64,000 nucleotides of DNA from Nitrospira sp. Lineage in GTDB: Bacteria; Nitrospirota; Nitrospiria; Nitrospirales; Nitrospiraceae. Both the position numbers and the translations under genes were made by a program. The DNA lies in assembly GCA_016715825.1 (NCBI GenBank), contig JADJXO010000007.1, positions 24,421-88,420 of the forward strand. The letters are read 5' to 3'. Below are positions 51,275-61,166 of this stretch, in pieces (within the stretch, counting starts at the first letter, position 1; the number at the start of each line of letters is the position of its first letter). A model generated the notes under the pieces. That model was not told the origin of the DNA and did not search any database. It was given only the letters and a program-made list of their open reading frames with translations.

Positions 51275-52272
51275 CTATGCGGGTATGAGAATTTCTTCGG
51301 CCTTCTGCGGAATTGGATTCGGAGCGAACGGCCGTTCGAGACAGTCCAGCGGAAACGTGGGTACCTTGCCGATCCGGCGGATCGATTCGGCGATGCGTTC
51401 CGGTCTCCCCCAATCGCTCCAGAGCACGTCCGTCAGCTCCATCACCGCGACCCGCTCAGGTGCTGGTTGAAGCAGATGGGATGAAAAGTTGTATTGCGGC
51501 ATCTCTCGGTACAGGTCTTCGAGGATGGCCGCCTCGTCCCGAGTCCCCCAGGCCACACACAGCCGTTCAAACAGCGTCATCAGGTCGGGAAAGCAGGTCC
51601 ATCCTGCCTTCCACAAGGCGTCCAGGGTCGCTGTGAGCACGAGCGTGTTCCACAAGCCTCCGGCGCGTAATGCGGCATCAGCCCCTGCAGGATCGGGTTT
51701 TTCGAGAAAGGACGACACGGCATGGACCGAGGTTGCGGAGGTTCCTTCGAGCTTGGCGCCCCGTTGAATCCATCCATATTCGGTCTCCAAGCGATCCGGC
51801 TGAACCCCGAGCAGCCGAGGCGATCCGGTATCGCCTCGGCTGAGGCCACGCCCTGCCGTACTGCCTCCACAAAGCGCCGCTCCGGATAGACGAAGTGGTC
51901 CGAAGGCTGGATGACGACCATTGCCTGGGGGTCGCGGGCGCGTACGTATGAAATCGGTAGGAAAAGGCCCGCCGCTGTGTCGCGATTGAGCGGCTGTTCA
52001 ATCATTTTATGAGTCAGATGCGCGAACAGCTGATTTCGCAACTCGCTTCGATGATGCCGAGCCGCCACGACCACGGTTCGTTTGGGCGAGGCAATCAGCG
52101 CCGCGCGATTGAGGGTACGCTCGAACATCGAACGAGTCCCGACGAACGTGCAGTATTGTTTCGGACGATGGCGGCCCAGCCATCGAAGGACGAGCGGTTT
52201 CACCCGTTCGCCGTCGCCTCCGGCCAGAACGATCGACCACACATTCTTCCCTGTCATGCGCAGCATAGTCAT
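51275..52272 (-). pseudogene. Mannose-1-phosphate guanylyltransferase-like nucleotidyltransferase split by a 1-nt frameshift near 51815
   Basis: N-part: VLAGGDGER, RPKQYC, NRDTAAG, PSDHFV; C-part: LLGVQPDRLETEYGWI, FLEKP, LWNT, WSDWG. CGC CTC GG CTG CTC lacks one base. Confidence 0.86.
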
Positions 52273-52363
52273 GATTTACACCCTTTCTCCGGTGTTATAG
52301 GCCGGCATCCTGCACAACCCGAGTCAAAACCGTCCGTACGCGTCATGCTCCCTCGGCAGACAA

Positions 52364-52627
52364 CTACCGTCTCCAACGACGTCGGCGAGACTGCGGCGGA
52401 GAGTCCGTTGAGACGGATCCGGCAGGATGTCTCTCGAGGCGGTTGGACAAGACCGTGTCATCAAACCACTCCCCGCAATTCACGCAGCGCCACGACGGCC
52501 CCTGCACGGCTTCCGCGACTTCGAGGAACAACGAATCGGTGAAGGACGGCACCACCAATCCCTGACAGCGCTTACAGATGTCCTTCTGCACCGTGCTGGT
52601 TTTTTCAAGAACGTTGTGATCTTTCAT
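52364..52627 (-). CDS. Small zinc-ribbon protein (CxxC...CxxC)
   Basis: CKRCQGLVV...WRCVNCGEWFD...NR...RRRRWRR; GAGG before ATG 52627. Confidence 0.8.
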   Translation of the reverse strand: MKDHNVLEKTSTVQKDICKRCQGLVVPSFTDSLFLEVAEAVQGPSWRCVNCGEWFDDTVLSNRLERHPAGSVSTDSPPQSRRRRWRR

Positions 52628-52727
52628 GATGACCTCGTCTCGTTCCTCTAACAGTCTGCTGAAAAACTCAGAGTATTCATCAACCACCGTTGAAATATGA
52701 CAGAAGGAAGTCCGACACGATACTTCC

Positions 52728-52849
52728 CAGGCTGCTCAAAAAGGCCGTCCAGCAAGGCCGCAGCGAGTGAAGAGGGAAGGCGTACGCTTCGGTACGTTGA
52801 GCCTCTGAGCGATGCGAGAATGCCGCTGGTGGACTTTTTCAGCATCCTG
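52728..52849. mobile_element. 122-bp palindromic non-autonomous element (MITE/REP-like)
   Basis: Imperfect terminal inverted repeats CAGGCTGCTCAAAAAGGCCGTCCAGC / GCTGGTGGACTTTTTCAGCATCCTG and an internal hairpin CGTAC-GCTTCG-GTACG; no coding capacity. Confidence 0.8.
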
Positions 52850-52923
52850 CTAATCACCAAACACGTATCTCCCGCATCCGTCTGCCTGGGTCTGCACCAT
52901 AAAGTACGGGCGGGCGTCGTGCG

Positions 52924-52941
52924 ACTAGGAAAGAACCTTGT
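52924..52941. promoter_or_regulatory. Operator palindrome copy A (ACTAGG-N6-CCTTGT)
   Basis: 1 mismatch to ACTAGG-N6-CCTAGT; in the divergent region 52627/53321. Confidence 0.65.
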
Positions 52942-53139
52942 ACGACGAGCGAATGATCCCGGAAGGAATGGCAATTTCGTCTTAGTGAGGAGAGGCGGCA
53001 TCGCCGGAGGCCAAGCGGAAAAGAGGCGGCCCAACCGCGTCCTTGAGCACAGATTCTTCCCGGATTTTGCTGTGACGATGGCTGCACGGCAGAGCGTTGC
53101 GGTGACGGTAGGCGATTGCTGGTGTCGACGAACGGCAAA

Positions 53140-53157
53140 ACTAGGCATTTCCCTAGT
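53140..53157. promoter_or_regulatory. Operator palindrome copy B (ACTAGG-N6-CCTAGT)
   Basis: Perfect palindrome, followed after 3 nt by a TTAGG half-site. Confidence 0.78.
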
Positions 53158-53320
53158 TCGTTAGGCATCAAAAAATACGGTAAGGTGATCTGTCACCACA
53201 TGAAGTCGAGAAATATCTTCGGTGCGGTCAGCGGTAGCTGAAGAAAGCCTTATACGAATGTGTTGTGCGTGAAGAGCGATGTCCCTCAATCCACATGTCA
53301 CCACACGAGAGAGGCGCGTC

Positions 53321-53686
53321 ATGAACACCTCATTGAGTGCGTGTTTGGTCGGAGCCGCCATTCTGGCCGGGGCTTCGTTCGCATTTGCCAACCCGTCGAT
53401 GTTGCCCACCCATCCCGGCTATCCGATGGGCAAGGCCGTTGATCCCGTGCGGGGTCAATCGCTCGCAAACGATCCCGGGCAGAAGAACGCAGTCGGGGAC
53501 CAAGCCTTACAAGAGGCGGCCGTTACGGACGTCGGCCACGTCACACAGAGCCTGTCCATCAATCGACAGGACGAGCGCATCTTAGAGAAGCCCGGTGCGG
53601 GACTTCTCCCCAAGGTCGACGGTCCGATCATCAAGATCGAACCACCGATACAAGAGGCGACGAAGGCGGTGCCGGAACCACAATAA
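53321..53686 (+). CDS. Small secreted hypothetical protein
   Basis: Signal peptide ending ASFAFA; NPSMLPTHPGYPM...LANDPG...LEKPGAGLLPKVDGP; SD GAGG. Confidence 0.8.
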   Translation: MNTSLSACLVGAAILAGASFAFANPSMLPTHPGYPMGKAVDPVRGQSLANDPGQKNAVGDQALQEAAVTDVGHVTQSLSINRQDERILEKPGAGLLPKVDGPIIKIEPPIQEATKAVPEPQ

Positions 53687-53764
53687 CCACTGTCGGTGAG
53701 CATGAACCCGAACACAGAGCGCAGTGGGTGCATACCTGTTCGTAACCATATAAGGAGGAGAACG

Positions 53765-54238
53765 ATGAGGGACAAGGACTGGAGGGGAGTAGCAACCATT
53801 GGCGTGGCCTGTGTCGGCTTCGTCGCGATGATGGGTCTGGCCGGTTGTGAGGAACGGCAGCCTCCGATGGAGTCAAAGCAGGAGGCACCTGCGCCGAAGG
53901 TTGAGGCTGCGCCGACCGAGGCGGCGAAGCCGGAGACGTCCGAAACGGCAACCGTGGCTGCCTTAGCGGCGCCGGAGAGCTCGGTCGGGCGAGCTGAAAA
54001 TAAGGAAGGGGTGACTCACGCCCAGGCAGGTCATTGGGACGTCGCGGAAGGCCACTTCCGTAAAGCCCTTGAGGCTGACCCAAAACTCGCGGAAGCGCAG
54101 TTCAACCTCGGCTTGGCGTTGAGCAAACAGGACAAACATGACGAGGCGACCACCGCGTTCAAGAAGGCTGCTGAAATGGCACCGGACAATACGATGATTA
54201 CAGAATCTCCGATCCTGAAAGAACACACGAGCTCCTGA
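53765..54238 (+). CDS. TPR-containing lipoprotein
   Basis: Lipobox GLAGC, Pro/Ala/Glu linker, two TPRs (AEGHFRKALEADPKLAEAQFNLGLAL); SD AGGAGGA. Confidence 0.85.
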   Translation: MRDKDWRGVATIGVACVGFVAMMGLAGCEERQPPMESKQEAPAPKVEAAPTEAAKPETSETATVAALAAPESSVGRAENKEGVTHAQAGHWDVAEGHFRKALEADPKLAEAQFNLGLALSKQDKHDEATTAFKKAAEMAPDNTMITESPILKEHTSS

Positions 54239-54252
54239 ACACCGACCCACCA

Positions 54253-54281
54253 AGGCATGCCCTCTCGTATGGGGCATGCCT
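54253..54281. terminator. Hairpin after the TPR lipoprotein gene
   Basis: 10-bp stem AGGCATGCCC/GGGCATGCCT, 15 nt after stop; no T run. Confidence 0.55.
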
Positions 54282-54659
54282 CACATGAGAGCGATCTGCT
54301 TCCCACCCGGTTCAGGATCGCTTCTTCGGCAAACATCTACGGGAGCTGGGCAGCAGCGGGGGAAAGGTCGATGGATAGGGCGCGAGTCATGGATCCCCGT
54401 GGAGCTACGGTTCGGTCGTGGCATAATTCCTCTGTTTCTTCGACGTACATTGGCGCGATTTACCCCTTGTTCATTCAATTGAGTCGGATCAATCGGGAAT
54501 CGGGGCCGCTTTTTTGCGACTGCCTCAGAGGAAGATTCTGGTCAGTATCTTGCTCATACAACCGTGAGGAAGTCGATGCGGCCTGATGAATGCCGAAACG
54601 GCGCAAGAACCACGGTACGTTGTGGGGTAGCGGACAGAGCGGATAATCGGAGGTGAGCC

Positions 54660-55052
54660 ATGCATGTGATGATCGTGACCCATGATGCCGAGCGACAGAC
54701 TCGGCTGACGGAATGTCTACGTGAAAGGGGATATGAGTTGTCCGTGCCCGTGGATCGGCACCACGTCTTGTCGAGCCTGAAGCAGGAACCACCGCAGGTT
54801 CTCGTAGTGGATCTGTACGCGGTGGATCCTAGCGCCACGGAGATTCTCCGGGAGGCACGGAGAGCAGGCTATAGAGGGAAAGTTGTGGTCATGGCCGGCC
54901 CATCGACATCTGCCACGCTTCGAGAATGCTGGCAAATTGGGATAGACCGGGTGGTGGGCGGTATCCAGGTGACCGGCGGGGCGTTTGATCCTTGCTGTGT
55001 CGAGGTCGCCATCCGGGCTTCGTGTGAACAAGAAGTCATGCAACGCGCTTGA
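54660..55052 (+). CDS. Atypical single-domain response regulator
   Basis: VMIVTHD...PQVLVVDL...KVVVMAG...IDRVVG receiver pattern; conserved Lys missing; SD GGAGG. Confidence 0.72.
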   Translation: MHVMIVTHDAERQTRLTECLRERGYELSVPVDRHHVLSSLKQEPPQVLVVDLYAVDPSATEILREARRAGYRGKVVVMAGPSTSATLRECWQIGIDRVVGGIQVTGGAFDPCCVEVAIRASCEQEVMQRA

Positions 55053-55184
55053 GGCAGGATCACGACACAGAAGGCAGCATTCTGCAGAAACATATGAGCA
55101 GGTAAGGGAGCAGGGGGAGCACCCGGCATGTTGTTCGCGTTGGGTTGTTTATGGTAGAAGGCATGCCTCTCAGGAGAGCAGGAC

Positions 55185-55610
55185 ATGAGTACGAGCGGTA
55201 TTCGCCGGGCACATACGATAGGGTCGCGTGTTATTGGGACGGCCTTGTGCCTGTTACTCGTGACGGTGATGGGGGGATCGGTACTGGCTCATGTTGAAGA
55301 AATACCTGAAGCCAGCCCGGGGAACTCTCACGATATCCAACAACCGAGTCCATCGCGAACGAAAGAAGCCGGACTCCAAGCCGCTAGCTGGTTGTTGACC
55401 CTTCCGTATGGAGCCGCGAAGGTGGCCTACGCGATCGGGGGCGGGGTTGTGGGTGGCCTCGCCTGGGCGATGACGGGTGGAAAAGCGGAGGTCGCGAAAT
55501 CCGTCTGGATCCCGTCGATGACCGGCGACTACATCGTCCAGCCGCAGCACCTCACCAAAGAAAAGCCCCTCCGCTTTTTGGGCGTGCCACCTGAGGCGCC
55601 GTCCTCCTAA
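55185..55610 (+). CDS. Hypothetical exported/membrane protein
   Basis: Signal peptide; LTLPYGAAKVAYAIGGGVVGGLAWAMTGG...GDYIVQPQHL. Confidence 0.75.
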   Translation: MSTSGIRRAHTIGSRVIGTALCLLLVTVMGGSVLAHVEEIPEASPGNSHDIQQPSPSRTKEAGLQAASWLLTLPYGAAKVAYAIGGGVVGGLAWAMTGGKAEVAKSVWIPSMTGDYIVQPQHLTKEKPLRFLGVPPEAPSS

Positions 55611-55679
55611 ACTGTTTTCCAGGCCACATTCGCGTCCGGAACGTTCTTCACAGATTCCGCCCGCCCTGTGCTGGGTGTC

Positions 55680-56141
55680 CTAACGAGCCGTCGTCGCGAC
55701 AGCGCGTGGAGGGACTCGGCGCGTCCCGCAGGCCTGTACATGGGAGCAGGCCGGGCACATCGCGTCGATCCGTTCGAGCTCAAACCAGGTCAATCCATGC
55801 TTCTTCAGGTAACGGTTGGCTTCGACCCACGGCGACGGCCGATCTTCCGGCGTGATCTTGTCGCAGAGGTACCCGCATCCCAGACAAAACCGCACCTGAG
55901 TGGACCTGGTGACTTCAGGTCCGTCCCCTTGGCCTGATGCAGAGAGCGAGAGCTGATAGACTGAACTCGAAGGGCGCCGAAATACCAGTCGACCGTCTCG
56001 TGACATGTGATCGACAGCGAAGAAGACCTCACTCCAGTCGTGGGCGGGAAGTAACTGGACCACCTCATCAATCGTGCAAGGGCCGGTGTGGGCCAGGATA
56101 TCGATTACGGCATCTTCGATGGTTGATTGTACGGTAGACAT
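55680..56141 (-). CDS. Hypothetical protein: winged-helix-like N-terminus plus CxxC...CxxC zinc-binding C-terminus
   Basis: GPCTIDEVVQLLPAHDWSEVFFAVDHMSRDGRLVF; CLGCGYLC...MCPACSH; SD GGAGG before ATG 56141. Confidence 0.75.
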   Translation of the reverse strand: MSTVQSTIEDAVIDILAHTGPCTIDEVVQLLPAHDWSEVFFAVDHMSRDGRLVFRRPSSSVYQLSLSASGQGDGPEVTRSTQVRFCLGCGYLCDKITPEDRPSPWVEANRYLKKHGLTWFELERIDAMCPACSHVQACGTRRVPPRAVATTAR

Positions 56142-56240
56142 GACAGCACCTCCTGTCTTGCCATGTGGCATCGATGAATGGGATCGAACCGATCCCCCTC
56201 AGAATTCGGCCTACCATGCTCTAAGATGAGCAACGGAGGA

Positions 56241-56258
56241 ACTAGGCAACAACCTAGT
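56241..56258. promoter_or_regulatory. Operator palindrome copy C (ACTAGG-N6-CCTAGT)
   Basis: Perfect palindrome in the divergent region 56141/56408. Confidence 0.78.
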
Positions 56259-56299
56259 TTGATGACGAACTATCACCAGCCCGCAAGATACTGTTGTCC

Positions 56300-56317
56300 C
56301 CTAGGTGATCGCCTAGT
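56300..56317. promoter_or_regulatory. Operator palindrome copy D (CCTAGG-N6-CCTAGT)
   Basis: 1 mismatch; 59 bp from copy C; a TAGACT hexamer lies at 56340-56345. Confidence 0.72.
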
Positions 56318-56407
56318 GCGCTGAAGTTTGCTTTAGGTATAGACTCCTCTATTCCCGATGCAATCTCTACACCGCTTGTTGCGGTGCTTCGGCAAGGAGC
56401 TTAGTCC

Positions 56408-59400
56408 ATGACTCCAATAGAGACTCAAACAAAGCCGATTGGCTGGATCGTTGCAGCAGCAGCAGCAGCAGCAGCAGGGATATTCGTTTTCGACTTTGTG
56501 ACCCCGCTGGGCATCGCTGTGCCGATGCTCTATGCGTTACCAATTTTGCTCACGAGGCGTATTCCTGGTTGGCGGAGCACTCTTTCCCTGACCGCCTGCG
56601 TTGTCCCCCTCACCTGGGCAGGGATCATCCAGCATGTTGAACAGGTCACGCCCGTGATTGTTGGGAACCGGGCTCTGACGTCGTTTTTATTGCTCGTCGT
56701 TGCCGGGCTCCTACTTAAAGAGAAGTCCATGGCCCAGCAACGTGCCGCGGATCTCATGGCCTTGCGTGAGAGTGAGGAGCGCTATGCGTTGGTGGTGGCG
56801 GGCTCACAGGTCGGGATTTGGGATTGGAACGTGCCTGAGAAACGGGTGTTGTTTTCATCCCGCTGGAAAACGTTGCGCGGACTTGCTGACGATGAAGTGA
56901 GTGATGACGAGATCGAGTGGAGCAGTCGAATCCATCCTGATGATAGAGAACGAGTGATGGCGGCGGTGTACGCGCATTTTGAGGGGCGGACAGCGGTGTT
57001 CTGCGAGGAGTACAGAATTCGCCACAAAGATGGCTGCTGGCTTTGGATTCTGGACCACGGGATCGCTCAGCGGGACAGCGCGGGCAAGGTGATTCGCATG
57101 GCGGGATCCGAAACCGACATCACCGAGCGCAAGCGGACGGAAGAGGTTTTGCGCGAGAACGAGGAACGTTTCCGCACCATGGCTGAGGCGGTCCCCAGTT
57201 TCCTCTTCGAGACCGATGCGGCGGGCCGGAACGTGTGGACCAGTGAAGGCTGGTGTCGCTTCACCGGGCAGACGCCCGAACAAGTGGCCGGACAGGGCTG
57301 GGTCGAGGCACTGCACCCCGATGACCGAACGGCAAACATCGATCGATGGATGCAATGCATGGCGGTTGGCACGCCGTTCGAATCGCAGCAGCGGTTACGG
57401 CGGGTCGATGGAGCCTATGCGTGGGTCATTGCACGGGCGTTGCCGGTGCGCGACCGCCGAGGGGAGGTGACTCGCTGGGTCGGCTCGGTCACGAATGTGG
57501 ACGACATCCTGCGGGTGCAGAAGGCTCTACGCGAGAGCGAACAACGGTTCGCCATAGCCTTCCAGACAAGTCCGAACCCGATAGGGATCACGGAAGTGGC
57601 CACAGGTCGTTGTATTGAGGTGAACGAGGCCTGTTTGCGGCTGTTCGGTTTTAGTCGCGAGGAAGTGATCGGAAACACCACGTTGATGTTGGACATCTGG
57701 CCGAATCCTGAGGACAGAGTGCGGCTCGTCGAGCGCCTGAAAGCCGGCAAGCCGGTGCGCAATCTTGAGTCAAGCTTCAAGACCAAATCCGGGGCCTTGC
57801 GCCATGTGCTTGTGTCTTCCGACCTGGCGGAGCTCGGGGGGACGCTTTGTCTGATCACCGTCGGCAACGACATCACTGAGCGCAAACAAGCCGAAGACAT
57901 GGTCCTCCGTACGGCAGCCGACCTTGCCGAGGCCCAGCGCATCGCCAAGCTCGGCAGCTGGCGGTTCGACGTGGAGACCGACCGCATCGCGCTCTCAGAT
58001 CAGTTATGCGCCATGTTCGCCGTTGAGCCATCGCCGCTTGGGCAGACGTACGAGTCCTTCCTGGCTCTGGTGCATCCCGATGATCGACCAGGGATTGTCC
58101 AGGCGAACGTCGAGGCAAGGGCTCACGGGACATCCTTCGATATGGAGTTCAGGGTCGTGAAGCAGGATGGCTCGATGAAAGTGATGCGCGAGCTCGGCTA
58201 CGCGAGCAGAGATGCGGCCGGCCGGGTCGTCGGTCTGTTCGGAACCGTGCAGGACATTACCAAGCGCAAACAGGTTGAAACGGCACTGCGCGAAAGCGAG
58301 GAACGGCTGCTGTTGGCGCTGGAGAGCGCCAATATGGGCACATGGGAGTGGGATGCCGAGACGGACTCGTTACGGTGCAACCATTGGCAGTTCACGCTAT
58401 TCGGTGTCCGGGTCGAGACTGGTCCTTGCACAGGAACCGAGGCGCTGTCGAGGATTCACGCCGATGATCGTGCACGTGTCTGCACTGCCGTTCGCAGGGT
58501 GCTGGAGGAAGGGGTGACGGTGAGAGACGAGTTTCGAGTCGTCCATACCGACGGCTCGGTGCATTGGCTGTTCGGGTCGGGTCGTCCGGTACAGGATGGG
58601 TATGGTCACCGTCGATTCGTGGTCGGCGTCTGTCTCGACATCACTGAACGCCGACAGAATCAGGAACAGATGCAGGGCCTGAACGAAATCTTAGAGACGC
58701 ATGTGCGCGAACGGACGGCACAACTTGTCGAGGCCAACGAGCGCTGGGATTGGGTCGTGCGCGCGACCAACGACGGGATTTGGGATTGGGATTTGCTCAG
58801 CGACACCGCCTACTTTTCCCCTCGGTGGAAGGAGATGCATGGATTTCAGGCAAACGACCAGCCGGAATCGAGGGAGGACTGGCAGAGGCGTATTCATCCG
58901 GAAGACCAGCAGTCCGTCCTGTCCAGTCTTGAAGAATATCTTTGCGGCGAGAGGGGGGAGTTCTGGGAGGAATATCGCATCCAGCGGAAAGACGGCACCT
59001 CTATCTGGGTGCTCGACCGGGGCGTCGCGATCAGGGATGAGAAGGGGCAGGCTGTCCGCATGGTCGGTGCGGAGACGGACATCACCTGGCGCAAGGGTGT
59101 CGAGCAGGAGGTGCGCCGCAGAGAACAGGTGTTCCACACCCTCGCGGACAATGTGCCGGCTCTCTTTGCCTATATCGACCGTGACGGACGCTATCGGTTC
59201 GTCAATAAACAGTATGAGCAACTCTTCGGGCACTCCGATAAGGAGATCGAGAGCATGTCGGGCTCTGCCCTGCTGGGTCTCGAAGGGTATGCGAAGGTCA
59301 AACCCTATCTGGATAAGGCTCTTGCGGGAGAGCCGGTGTCATTCGAATATGAACTGGAGGTGCCGGGCGGCAGCGTGCATGTCTTGTCGACACGGTATGT

Positions 59401-60169
59401 GCCGGATCGGAGTGACCAGGGTGAGGTCATAGGGCTCTTTGCGTTGAGTACGGACATCACGGCGCTGAAGTCGACCGAGGGGTTGTTGCGCGATCGAGAA
59501 GCGCAGCTCCGCGACCTTGGGGCTAGGTTGCTACGGGCGCAGGAAGAAGAACGGCGGCGGATCTCACGGGATCTCCACGACGATGTGATGCAACGGATGG
59601 GCGCTCTGGCGTTGGAGCTGTATGGCCTTGCTTCCTCCGCACCCTCGCAAGATCTGGAACTGCTCTCACAGCTCAAGGCTTGCGGGGCGTCGGCGGAGCA
59701 ACTGACCACCGATCTCCAACGCATGGCACATCAGCTTCATCCGTCGGTCTTGGAGTTTGGGGGGCTGGAGATGGCCGTGCGCGAACAGGTCAACGACTTC
59801 GGCGCGCGAACCGGATTGTCGGCGGAACTGATCACGCAGGATGTGCCCAAGGAGATCCCGTTGGACCATGCGACCTGTCTCTATCGCGTGTTACAGGAGG
59901 GCCTTCAGAATGTGCAGAAGCACGCCAATGCGACCACCGTGTTGGTGCGGCTCTTGCGCACAGGCCGAGGTTTAGGGCTGTGTATCCACGATGATGGGCG
60001 AGGGATCGAGAACTCCGATGGGGCTGCCCGGCGGAAGGGGCTGGGATTGACCAGTATGGCGGAGCGGGTGGGAATGCTGAACGGCACGTTTCGCGTCCGG
60101 GCAAAACCGAACGATGGGACGGAACTCCACGCCTGGGTGCCGTTGGAAGACGTGAAGTGTGAAACGTGA
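56408..60169 (+). CDS. Sensor histidine kinase, HisKA_3 (NarX/UhpB) class, N-terminal TM sensor and 7 PAS domains
   Basis: TM module, seven PAS/PAC repeats (e.g. GIWDWN...SRIHPDDRE...GSETDITE), RRRISRDLHDD H-box, EGLQNVQKH, DDGRG, GLGL. Confidence 0.95.
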   Translation: MTPIETQTKPIGWIVAAAAAAAAGIFVFDFVTPLGIAVPMLYALPILLTRRIPGWRSTLSLTACVVPLTWAGIIQHVEQVTPVIVGNRALTSFLLLVVAGLLLKEKSMAQQRAADLMALRESEERYALVVAGSQVGIWDWNVPEKRVLFSSRWKTLRGLADDEVSDDEIEWSSRIHPDDRERVMAAVYAHFEGRTAVFCEEYRIRHKDGCWLWILDHGIAQRDSAGKVIRMAGSETDITERKRTEEVLRENEERFRTMAEAVPSFLFETDAAGRNVWTSEGWCRFTGQTPEQVAGQGWVEALHPDDRTANIDRWMQCMAVGTPFESQQRLRRVDGAYAWVIARALPVRDRRGEVTRWVGSVTNVDDILRVQKALRESEQRFAIAFQTSPNPIGITEVATGRCIEVNEACLRLFGFSREEVIGNTTLMLDIWPNPEDRVRLVERLKAGKPVRNLESSFKTKSGALRHVLVSSDLAELGGTLCLITVGNDITERKQAEDMVLRTAADLAEAQRIAKLGSWRFDVETDRIALSDQLCAMFAVEPSPLGQTYESFLALVHPDDRPGIVQANVEARAHGTSFDMEFRVVKQDGSMKVMRELGYASRDAAGRVVGLFGTVQDITKRKQVETALRESEERLLLALESANMGTWEWDAETDSLRCNHWQFTLFGVRVETGPCTGTEALSRIHADDRARVCTAVRRVLEEGVTVRDEFRVVHTDGSVHWLFGSGRPVQDGYGHRRFVVGVCLDITERRQNQEQMQGLNEILETHVRERTAQLVEANERWDWVVRATNDGIWDWDLLSDTAYFSPRWKEMHGFQANDQPESREDWQRRIHPEDQQSVLSSLEEYLCGERGEFWEEYRIQRKDGTSIWVLDRGVAIRDEKGQAVRMVGAETDITWRKGVEQEVRRREQVFHTLADNVPALFAYIDRDGRYRFVNKQYEQLFGHSDKEIESMSGSALLGLEGYAKVKPYLDKALAGEPVSFEYELEVPGGSVHVLSTRYVPDRSDQGEVIGLFALSTDITALKSTEGLLRDREAQLRDLGARLLRAQEEERRRISRDLHDDVMQRMGALALELYGLASSAPSQDLELLSQLKACGASAEQLTTDLQRMAHQLHPSVLEFGGLEMAVREQVNDFGARTGLSAELITQDVPKEIPLDHATCLYRVLQEGLQNVQKHANATTVLVRLLRTGRGLGLCIHDDGRGIENSDGAARRKGLGLTSMAERVGMLNGTFRVRAKPNDGTELHAWVPLEDVKCET
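56453..56476 (+). repeat. (GCA)8 microsatellite encoding Ala8 in the first TM of the kinase
   Basis: GTT-(GCA)8-GGG, in frame. Confidence 0.9.
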
Positions 60170-60247
60170 AGCGTGCGCCTGGTGAACGACGACAGTCAGC
60201 AGAGAAGCGGCTTGCATCGTGCGGAGATGGGAGCGTAGGCTAGTCTT

Positions 60248-60934
60248 ATGCAGGTACCGATCACGACAAAGAAGCCCCGCTTACTTATGGCCGATGATCA
60301 TTCGATCATGCTGGCTGGCTTACGAAAATTGGTTGAAGGCACCTGTGAGGTCGTCGGGGCCGTCGAAGACGGCCGTGCCTTGGTCGAGGCGGCCGAGCGG
60401 TTGCGACCGGACCTGATTCTGGTCGATATTTCGATGCCGCTGCTGAACGGGATGGACGCGGCGAGGCAGATCAGGAAATCGGTGCCGGAGGCCAAGTTCA
60501 TTTTTCTGACGATGCATGCCTCCCCGGTGTTTGCCACCGAGGCGCTTCAAGCCGGGGCCAGCGGGTACTTGTTGAAACAATCGGCGGCGTCTGAACTGCC
60601 GTATGCGATCGACACCGTGCTCAAGGGACAGACCTATCTCACGCCGACCATCACCAGGCCGGTGCTCGAGTCGATAGTGAATCAGAAATCGACGGATCTG
60701 AAAAAGTCGTTGATGCAGTTGACCTCTCGGCAGCGAGAGGTGCTGCAGCTTCTGGCGGAGGGTAAGAGTCCCAAGGACATCGCCGTCCTCTTGAATGTGT
60801 CGGTCAAGACCGTCGACTTCCATAAGACGCGGTTGATGGAGCAACTCAACCTTCACTCTACGCTGGCCTTAGCCAAGTTCGCCATCGCGGAAGGCTTGGT
60901 CAGTGCCGACACCGGCCTCTCTCAGAATTCGTAA
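60248..60934 (+). CDS. NarL/LuxR-family response regulator
   Basis: ADDH, ILVDISMP, FLTMH, YLLK; LuxR HTH LTSRQREVLQLLAEGKSPKDIA...SVKTVDFHK. Confidence 0.95.
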   Translation: MQVPITTKKPRLLMADDHSIMLAGLRKLVEGTCEVVGAVEDGRALVEAAERLRPDLILVDISMPLLNGMDAARQIRKSVPEAKFIFLTMHASPVFATEALQAGASGYLLKQSAASELPYAIDTVLKGQTYLTPTITRPVLESIVNQKSTDLKKSLMQLTSRQREVLQLLAEGKSPKDIAVLLNVSVKTVDFHKTRLMEQLNLHSTLALAKFAIAEGLVSADTGLSQNS

Positions 60935-61166
60935 AGAATAATATTGCGCGTCGGCAGCTGTGGGCAAACTCCGCTCGTATTGCTGGGGCTCAGGGCTAGC
61001 AGTATTTCTTCCTTCCCCTAGATAGTCACCCAGTATCGTTCGTGAGATGAAGTCGGTATTTTCATCGCTGCATCAGTCGTCGATGGAAAAGGATGCGATT
61101 CCCCGATCGCGTGAATCATATCGGGTGATCATGCGGGTATGAGTTGATGTGAGAAGGAGGGGAGCC

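Noticed and set aside
52648-53164. Overlapping ORFs 52648-53148 (-) and 52697-53164 (+)
   Set aside because: They read through the palindromic element and operator region; no SD or domain.
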